Positions 58,643-64,000 of a DNA stretch of 64,000 nucleotides are shown here, piece by piece. This DNA comes from a virus. Every line of letters begins with the position of its first letter. The first letter of the stretch is position 1. The translations under genes and the position numbers were made by a program. The DNA is taken from IMG/VR virus record IMGVR_UViG_3300020165_002937. The stretch is one strand, 5' to 3'. The notes below the pieces were generated by a model that worked only from the letters and a program-made list of their open reading frames with translations, did no database searches and had not been told where the DNA came from.

Positions 58643-58718
58643 ACGGGTGTAGCTCAGAGGTAAGAGCAGTCGTCTTATATGCGATTGGTCGCAGGTTCAA
58701 ATCCTGCCTCCCGTACCA
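58643..58718 (+). tRNA. tRNA with TAT anticodon (Ile-type)
   Basis: GTCGT-CTTATAT-GCGAT anticodon arm, GGTTCAAATCC, CCA; one T-T mismatch in the acceptor stem. Confidence 0.8.
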
Positions 58719-58750
58719 AAAATCGACAACAAACAAAGGAACAAGACAAA

Positions 58751-58939
58751 ATGGGATACCACGATAGACCGCCGGACTATATGAAAACTGGAATGGCAGT
58801 AGTTAATCCTCTGATTAGAATAGAAAAAAAGCTCAAGGAAGTACAGGAAGTTCTCGATAATATCAGCGACTATTCGATCCTTTCAGCGACTGACTTGAAG
58901 GCCAAGATTCAAAAAGTTCTCGATGGCGAGGCAGAGTGA
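58751..58939 (+). CDS. Hypothetical protein
   Basis: ATG downstream of AAGGA; the longer ORF call overlaps the tRNA. Confidence 0.5.
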   Translation: MGYHDRPPDYMKTGMAVVNPLIRIEKKLKEVQEVLDNISDYSILSATDLKAKIQKVLDGEAE

Positions 58940-59283
58940 ACGATTTTTATCTTAGCAAGGGTACGATCCCCCGAGAATGTAAACAAGCGGAAGATTTGAG
59001 GTCTTCGCTGCGTGAATACGCAAGAAAGAGGCTCCTTCACGTATCGGATATATGCCTTGAACACCCTAGCGACAATTTTAGAAGGGAATTCGGCTTGCTT
59101 CATCTGCGTTATGCAAATATGGTTTTTGTTGTAACTGAGGCGGTACAAGATGTTGATTATCTCATTCGCTCGGTAATTACTTGGATTCAGCATGATTTTG
59201 ATAACGCTATGACCGGCGCGCAGAAGGAGGCAGCGGGCCTATGTGGCGCGGAACTTACGAAAATAGTGGCCCTGCACAACTAA
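58936..59283 (+). CDS. Hypothetical protein
   Basis: GTGA-coupled, GAGG RBS. Confidence 0.55.
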   Translation: MNDFYLSKGTIPRECKQAEDLRSSLREYARKRLLHVSDICLEHPSDNFRREFGLLHLRYANMVFVVTEAVQDVDYLIRSVITWIQHDFDNAMTGAQKEAAGLCGAELTKIVALHN

Positions 59284-59288
59284 CTTAA

Positions 59289-59510
59289 ATGAAAACTGGC
59301 GACCTTGTAAAATATATCCCGACTGCATCTACCACATTTAAGTGGGAGACATACATAAATACAGAAAGCAGAAATCCAGGTATTATTATAAAAGAGGTTG
59401 ACCGCGGCGCTATTGCGACACGTCGCTTTCTGGTTCGCTGGCACAATGGAAAGGTCACCGAAGAGTGGGCAAGCTACTTAGAGCCTCTTAACAACTCCTT
59501 GACAGCATAA
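59289..59510 (+). CDS. MKxGDLV-family microprotein
   Basis: 'MKTGDLVKY...GIII...VRW...LEPL'. Confidence 0.65.
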   Translation: MKTGDLVKYIPTASTTFKWETYINTESRNPGIIIKEVDRGAIATRRFLVRWHNGKVTEEWASYLEPLNNSLTA

Positions 59511-59542
59511 ACCTTGACCACCAGCACATTCGGTGCTATATT
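59489..59542 (+). promoter_or_regulatory. Early promoter with direct repeat
   Basis: TAACA-N6-TGACA; TTGACC-N17-TATATT. Confidence 0.65.
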
Positions 59543-59567
59543 ATATGTGTAGAAAGGAGAAAAGTCT

Positions 59568-59723
59568 ATGATCGAAGTTGGATGTTTAGTAACAAATCGC
59601 TGGTTCCCTATGCAAAAGGTATATGTGGTTATTGATGAAATCGGCGAACACGCTCTCGTTGCGTGTCAAGAGAACATGCAAACGGCATGGGCCGAAAAGA
59701 AAGCATTGAAGGTGATCGGATGA
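59568..59723 (+). CDS. 51-aa MKxGDLV-related microprotein (not in the ORF track)
   Basis: AAGGAG RBS; 'MIEVGCLV...LKVIG'. Confidence 0.6.
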   Translation: MIEVGCLVTNRWFPMQKVYVVIDEIGEHALVACQENMQTAWAEKKALKVIG

Positions 59724-59923
59724 GTTGGCCACACTGTTTTGACTGCGGTGAAGAGTTCAACCCCAAGCGTAGAGCCTTGGGGTATGAGCATTGTTTGGAG
59801 TGCGGCGAGCAGTACGCACAAGAAACCGCCGAGCATAGGAAGAAATGTACAGCACCGCTTTATAACAAGGGTGCATATCAGTATGTGAGTAGCATGCAAG
59901 ACGCACGAAATGCGGGCAGGTAG
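59720..59923 (+). CDS. DksA/TraR-type C4 zinc-finger protein
   Basis: 'CFDCGEEFNPKRRALGYEHCLEC'. Confidence 0.6.
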   Translation: MSWPHCFDCGEEFNPKRRALGYEHCLECGEQYAQETAEHRKKCTAPLYNKGAYQYVSSMQDARNAGR

Positions 59924-59924
59924 T

Positions 59925-59968
59925 TGACATTCTCTTGACTTGACGGTGAGGGGTATCGGTGCTATATT
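59925..59968 (+). promoter_or_regulatory. Early promoter with direct repeat
   Basis: TGACA-N6-TGACT; TTGACG-N17-TATATT. Confidence 0.65.
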
Positions 59969-59987
59969 ATATGTATAAGGAGAAGAA

Positions 59988-60320
59988 ATGAAAGTTTGGG
60001 TTATGCAAGGAAGTTACGAAGGTGAGATGTTTAGCAGTGTCCACATGACACAGAAAGGTTGTGCGCTGGCGTGTATTGCTGATATAACAGAGTTTCATGG
60101 TATCGACGATGACGAAACCGCGTTGAGTGTGATGAATAATACATATCACGGCGAGACTGAAGAATACAAAGAGCCTATTGAGTGGGATCAGGAGAAGCTG
60201 AAAGAAATGACCAGCGAACAGCTTTGGAAGATTTTTGCTGACTGGTGTGAAATGAGTTGGGATCGAATGGCAGATCGTAGCTATAACCTTGACGCAAATG
60301 CTGTGGAGATCCAAGCATGA
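59988..60320 (+). CDS. Acidic hypothetical protein (paralog A)
   Basis: 'KVWVMQ...SSVHMTQKGC...SEQL..I..DW'. Confidence 0.65.
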   Translation: MKVWVMQGSYEGEMFSSVHMTQKGCALACIADITEFHGIDDDETALSVMNNTYHGETEEYKEPIEWDQEKLKEMTSEQLWKIFADWCEMSWDRMADRSYNLDANAVEIQA

Positions 60321-60622
60321 TGAACATTTGGGTAGTACGACAGACTTGCCTGTATGACAATGAAAGCTATGTGTCATCGCACTTGACGGAGAAGGGTGCT
60401 TTGATCACAGCAATCAAAACAGTGCGTTCAGATATGTGTGACGGCATTGACGAGGATGAGATGGAAGATATGCGTCCCGGCTTGCCTCACAACCCCGAGG
60501 AGGATTTAATGCAATACAGCAGCGAGCAGCTTCGCGGTATTGTTGAGGACTGGTGGGAGTATTCGTGGGACATTAACGAACAGGCGCAGTATCAGATTTA
60601 TGAAACACAGGTGGAAGGATGA
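60317..60622 (+). CDS. Acidic hypothetical protein (paralog B)
   Basis: 'NIWVVR...SSHLTEKGA...SEQL..I..DW'. Confidence 0.65.
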   Translation: MMNIWVVRQTCLYDNESYVSSHLTEKGALITAIKTVRSDMCDGIDEDEMEDMRPGLPHNPEEDLMQYSSEQLRGIVEDWWEYSWDINEQAQYQIYETQVEG

Positions 60623-60876
60623 AAGTTTTAACTACATTTATTTTAGTGGGAATGGTTGACTCTCACGATGCTCATTTCGCGACCGTGGAACTAAATACTA
60701 CACCAGCATCTAATGGTGGACCCGCGACAGCGGTGATGCCAGTGGCCGCTTTCCCGTGTGAGATTTACGAAGGTAAAGTTTTCTATGTGGTAAAGCTGCA
60801 CGACGAACAAGATGCGGTCATCGTATGCCAAAAGGAGCCAGAAGATGAAGAACCCCGACGAGGAAAGACTGATTGA
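60619..60876 (+). CDS. Hypothetical protein
   Basis: ATGA-coupled ORF. Confidence 0.55.
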   Translation: MKVLTTFILVGMVDSHDAHFATVELNTTPASNGGPATAVMPVAAFPCEIYEGKVFYVVKLHDEQDAVIVCQKEPEDEEPRRGKTD

Positions 60877-61033
60877 CGAGTGCATCGAGTCATATCGGAG
60901 AATGATAATGATGCATCGACAGAGTATTATTCGGCTGACGCGCCAGAAACTTATAGAGCGTGAGCCTTGCAAAGAATGTTTTGATTATGAGATTATAAAT
61001 GAAAGTGGGCGATCTGGTGAGGATGATAAATGA
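60845..61033 (+). CDS. Hypothetical protein
   Basis: AAGGAG RBS, CxxC. Confidence 0.45.
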   Translation: MKNPDEERLIDECIESYRRMIMMHRQSIIRLTRQKLIEREPCKECFDYEIINESGRSGEDDK

Positions 61034-61190
61034 TCCGACTACGTGGTTGGGGCATGGGATAGTTTTGGAGATCGGCAACACTACCCCTCACCTTCATCGA
61101 GCGAGGGTTCGATGGTTTGATGACTGGGACGATGAGTTGATAGAGTGGGTTCGTATAAGAACAATGGAGGTTCTAAGTGAAAGTATGTAG
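60999..61190 (+). CDS. MKVGDLV microprotein
   Basis: Family N-terminus; C-terminal 'MEVLSES'. Confidence 0.7.
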   Translation: MKVGDLVRMINDPTTWLGHGIVLEIGNTTPHLHRARVRWFDDWDDELIEWVRIRTMEVLSESM

Positions 61191-61278
61191 GTTTATAACC
61201 AGAACTTTCTTTGATGCTCTGTTTATCTATTGTAGCTATTATATCTTTTCGTCTATTTTCTGGATGGCGTTACAATGA
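61177..61278 (+). CDS. 33-aa hydrophobic peptide (not in the ORF track)
   Basis: GGAGG RBS, GTG start, ATGA coupling to the next gene. Confidence 0.4.
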   Translation: MKVCRFITRTFFDALFIYCSYYIFSSIFWMALQ

Positions 61279-61469
61279 AAGTAGGTGACTTGGTAAGGTT
61301 TGAGAGCGCGCTTAACGATAGCATGGATCATTACACCGTGGAACACGGTTTGGTGACTCAAATATCAAAGACTGGACACGACACCATATCAGCCCAAGTT
61401 TTATTCAACGATGGGGAGACTTGGTGGGTTGATTCTGGAAGGCTGGAGGTGATAAGTGAAGCCGGGTGA
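61275..61469 (+). CDS. MKVGDLV microprotein
   Basis: Ends 'LEVISEAG'. Confidence 0.7.
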   Translation: MKVGDLVRFESALNDSMDHYTVEHGLVTQISKTGHDTISAQVLFNDGETWWVDSGRLEVISEAG

Positions 61470-61632
61470 CAAAGTAAAAATGTCTCCGATGTGGAAGTAT
61501 GAAGAAGCCATGGGCGAGATCGAGAAAATAACAGAAAGTTATGTTATTGTCAAGTGGGTTGATATTCCCGGTCAATGGCATTATACTAAAGAACAAGCAC
61601 AAAGATTGGAGATCATAAATGAAGATAGGTGA
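61456..61632 (+). CDS. 58-aa MKPGDKV microprotein (not in the ORF track)
   Basis: GGAGG RBS; ends 'LEIINEDR'. Confidence 0.7.
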   Translation: MKPGDKVKMSPMWKYEEAMGEIEKITESYVIVKWVDIPGQWHYTKEQAQRLEIINEDR

Positions 61633-61846
61633 CTTAGTTAAACTTAAATCAATGCATCGTCGGCAAGCCCCGCGTGCAGGTTTGATCGTTGATTTGATAG
61701 AAAAGAAGTGTTGGCGTACAGGCGAGCTTGGCAATAAGGTAGACTGGAATAAAGTTGACCCCGAGCCACACGCAGTCGTTTTAGTCAATGGCAAAAAGTT
61801 GACCTTGCCTATGGTGGATTTAGAGGCTGTTAATGAGGGTCGGTAA
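61619..61846 (+). CDS. MKIGDLV microprotein
   Basis: Ends 'LEAVNEGR'. Confidence 0.7.
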   Translation: MKIGDLVKLKSMHRRQAPRAGLIVDLIEKKCWRTGELGNKVDWNKVDPEPHAVVLVNGKKLTLPMVDLEAVNEGR

Positions 61847-62015
61847 CTTAGTTAAGAGAAGGGATGATCACGTACACCACGGTATTGTTGTGGAGGTTGG
61901 TCCCCAAGAGACAGCGACTGATCACGGTTCTACTGTGGCTAAAGTTCAATGGAACGATGGCGATTTGACTTGTGAGTTTATAAAGATGCTTGAGGTTCTG
62001 AGTGAAGGTCGGTGA
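61833..62015 (+). CDS. MRVGNLV microprotein
   Basis: Ends 'LEVLSEGR'. Confidence 0.7.
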   Translation: MRVGNLVKRRDDHVHHGIVVEVGPQETATDHGSTVAKVQWNDGDLTCEFIKMLEVLSEGR

Positions 62016-62187
62016 TCTCATATCGTTCAAGCCGATTGACTTTGGTTTAGAAGACTGGTCAAACCCGTGCATTGTTATGAGCGAGTATGAAAGCCCCAAC
62101 GAGGGGCTGTGGTCTGTTTGGTGCGATGGGGTCTTTTGCGTCATAGATGACACCAACTATGAAATACTGCACTTGACAGGTTCTTGA
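62002..62187 (+). CDS. MKVGDLI microprotein
   Basis: Family N-terminus. Confidence 0.7.
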   Translation: MKVGDLISFKPIDFGLEDWSNPCIVMSEYESPNEGLWSVWCDGVFCVIDDTNYEILHLTGS

Positions 62188-62217
62188 CTTGACGCGGGAG
62201 CAAATGGGTGCTATATT
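62174..62217 (+). promoter_or_regulatory. Early promoter with direct repeat
   Basis: TGACA-N6-TGACT; TTGACG-N17-TATATT. Confidence 0.65.
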
Positions 62218-62236
62218 ATAAGAATAAGGAGAGAAA

Positions 62237-62413
62237 ATGAAAGTAGGTGATTTGGTGAAAGTCCGATCAAAGTTTGGAGGCTATAAAAACGGCATCGTTT
62301 TAGAAGTCAAGCAGGACGACTATAACTTTGTGACGATTGTGCAGCCGTCCGATGGTTCGCGTCAGCTTTACGCTCACCCTACCGACTTGGAGGTATTAAA
62401 TGAAAGTAGGTGA
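62237..62413 (+). CDS. 58-aa MKVGDLV microprotein (not in the ORF track)
   Basis: AAGGAG RBS; ends 'LEVLNESR'. Confidence 0.7.
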   Translation: MKVGDLVKVRSKFGGYKNGIVLEVKQDDYNFVTIVQPSDGSRQLYAHPTDLEVLNESR

Positions 62414-62681
62414 TTTGGTAACATTGTCAACGTATGCACTGTGTTCTGAGCCGATGTGGCGATGGAAACGAAAGATATGGAATGAAAAACATTCTCTTGT
62501 GGGTCTGGTTGTGAAGATTGAAGCAAACCCCAACATCCAGTCGTGGACATCCAAGAATGAAAGCACGTATTATTATATTAACTGGATGCAGAAAGATGGC
62601 CCACCGAGTCGCTGGAACAATACGGCCATTGGCAGGTTGCAGGGATATTTCCTGCGTAAAGATTTGAAGTTTGTGAAGTGA
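62400..62681 (+). CDS. MKVGDLV microprotein
   Basis: Family N-terminus; 'GLVVKI', 'INW'. Confidence 0.7.
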   Translation: MKVGDLVTLSTYALCSEPMWRWKRKIWNEKHSLVGLVVKIEANPNIQSWTSKNESTYYYINWMQKDGPPSRWNNTAIGRLQGYFLRKDLKFVK

Positions 62682-63043
62682 AACAAAGGAAAACAAGAAT
62701 GATGACAAACGAGTTTTTTAATACAGCAGGATCCGACCGCAACCGAGAGGTTGTGTGTGCCGATGGTTTTAAGATGAGCGTGCAAGCTCATGCCGGTGCA
62801 TATTGCCTACCTCGTATGAGTGGCGCACCCGTCTATCGAGAGGTAGAAGTAGGTTTTCCGAGCAAACGCGAAGAAATGCTAATGAAATACGCAGAAGCGC
62901 CAGATGACCCAACCGGAACGGTTTATGCGTATGTGCCGGTCCAAGTTGTGACGAACGTGATAGCAAAGCACGGCGGTATTGTTGACGGCGAGATCCCAAG
63001 AGGTGTTGCACCTATCGGTGTGCATTTCGTCGTTGACGATTAG
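62678..63043 (+). CDS. Hypothetical phage protein
   Basis: 'CADGFKMSVQA...YC.PR...EVEVGFPS'. Confidence 0.65.
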   Translation: MKQRKTRMMTNEFFNTAGSDRNREVVCADGFKMSVQAHAGAYCLPRMSGAPVYREVEVGFPSKREEMLMKYAEAPDDPTGTVYAYVPVQVVTNVIAKHGGIVDGEIPRGVAPIGVHFVVDD

Positions 63044-63087
63044 CTGACAACTCAGACGTTGACAGCAGCGCGCAAATCCACTATATT
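63034..63087 (+). promoter_or_regulatory. Early promoter with direct repeat
   Basis: TGACG-N6-TGACA; TTGACA-N17-TATATT. Confidence 0.7.
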
Positions 63088-63112
63088 ATAAGTATAGAAA
63101 GGAGAAATACAT

Positions 63113-63487
63113 ATGGGTTATCGTTCAGAAGTTATCTTGGCAGTCGGTCCAGAGGTTATGCCTCAGTTTATGGTCACAATGGCAAAGTCACCAGAGGCTC
63201 GTGAGTTGTGTTGGGCAGATCACGATGAAATGGTTAAGGATTATTGCGACATCAAGGGCGCGTTCCTGTTCCGTTGGGGCGGCATCAAGTGGTATGATAG
63301 TTACGAGTGCGTGCAAGCCCTTGTAGACTTTATGGATTGGTGTGAGGGCGAGCGCATTGAAGTCGAGGGCAAGGAAGTTGATGCTTCCGAGTATTATCGC
63401 TTCGTTCGTATCGGAGAGGAAATGGACGACAACGAGGTTCAAGGTTGGGGATTTGACATCCACATCGAGCGCAGCGCCACGTATTAG
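63113..63487 (+). CDS. Hypothetical phage protein
   Basis: 'MGYRSEV', 'IKWY', 'FVRIGEE'. Confidence 0.65.
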   Translation: MGYRSEVILAVGPEVMPQFMVTMAKSPEARELCWADHDEMVKDYCDIKGAFLFRWGGIKWYDSYECVQALVDFMDWCEGERIEVEGKEVDASEYYRFVRIGEEMDDNEVQGWGFDIHIERSATY

Positions 63488-63530
63488 TACCAGCCCGATC
63501 GCGCGATTTTTCTTCGCCAAAATTTTCCTT

Positions 63531-63583
63531 TTACAAACGCCTGACAAGCGCAACTTGACAATACCCCCGCACTCCGTTATAAT
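63531..63583 (+). promoter_or_regulatory. Early promoter with direct repeat, probably giving a leaderless transcript
   Basis: TTACA-N6-TGACA; TTGACA-N17-TATAAT; ATG 6 nt downstream. Confidence 0.7.
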
Positions 63584-63589
63584 ATAAGT

Positions 63590-63868
63590 ATGAAAATGAC
63601 AATAGTAATAGACTCTGATGATACACAAGGCATCGACGCAGCACTAAAGATTGCGCGCTTGATGCATGTAAAGTACGTAGGCACGGCAGCGGCACACAAA
63701 GAATCATTCGGGAAGATTGAGTTTATCAAGATGCTCCGCAAGTTTACGAAAGAATCCATTGAGCACCTTAATGATCCCGACTCCAATCAAGTCAAAGACA
63801 TTGGCGACATGGGCAACCTTCGCAACGCAAAGCGTTTCGCTGATCGCATCTTTAGAGGTGAGCGATGA
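63590..63868 (+). CDS. Hypothetical protein with L7/L12 C-terminal-domain-like motif
   Basis: 'KIEFIKMLR....GNLRNAKRFAD'. Confidence 0.45.
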   Translation: MKMTIVIDSDDTQGIDAALKIARLMHVKYVGTAAAHKESFGKIEFIKMLRKFTKESIEHLNDPDSNQVKDIGDMGNLRNAKRFADRIFRGER

Positions 63869-64000
63869 GAAGCCGACCAAGAGTAGGCGATCTGGTGAGG
63901 ATGCACACACATGACACGGGACTTGTCGGCATAGTTATCGACAGGCACCCAAAAGCAATATCCACAACGCCCGCACAAGTCGGTATTATGTGGGCTGGAG
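63865..64000 (+). CDS. GDLV-family microprotein (truncated by the window edge)
   Basis: GAGG RBS; 'MRSRPRVGDLVRM...GIVID'. Confidence 0.55.
   Translation, partial: MRSRPRVGDLVRMHTHDTGLVGIVIDRHPKAISTTPAQVGIMWAG

Noticed and set aside
58679-58750. N-terminal part of the 58679-58939 ORF
   Set aside because: It overlaps the TAT-anticodon tRNA; the real start is probably 58751
1-64000. Stop-codon reassignment
   Set aside because: Core genes are full length in the standard code, all three stop codons end genes, and there is no suppressor tRNA

Overview
This window is a 64-kb segment of a large T4-superfamily-like myophage, and every credible gene lies on the + strand. Gene order: neck, tail and baseplate module (1-15.5 kb); replication and recombination module (minimal PolA, divergent tubulin, gp32-like SSB, RecA, 5'-3' exonuclease, helicase, class II RNR, DnaE); auxiliary genes (QueF-like, two ClpP, J-domain protein, GroES, GroEL, adenine MTases, IMPDH/GMPR, PMM, endolysin); probable virion-internal proteins; five tRNAs; then an early region of small genes. 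A MYXO-CTERM-like surface protein, a small acidic lipoprotein and tRNAs for A-ending codons suggest a GC-rich Myxococcota-type host (inference). Five signals stand out. (1) A four-copy covarying H-type pseudoknot-like element separates three gene cassettes between SSB and recA. (2) An array of MKVGDLV microproteins is chained by a dual-coded 14-nt junction. (3) Seven early promoters share an 11-bp-period direct repeat at a near-fixed position. (4) There is a likely +1/-2 frameshift between the gp26-like and gp51-like genes. (5) GCCGGC is strongly over-represented. All calls come from motif recognition by eye; no database searches were run.
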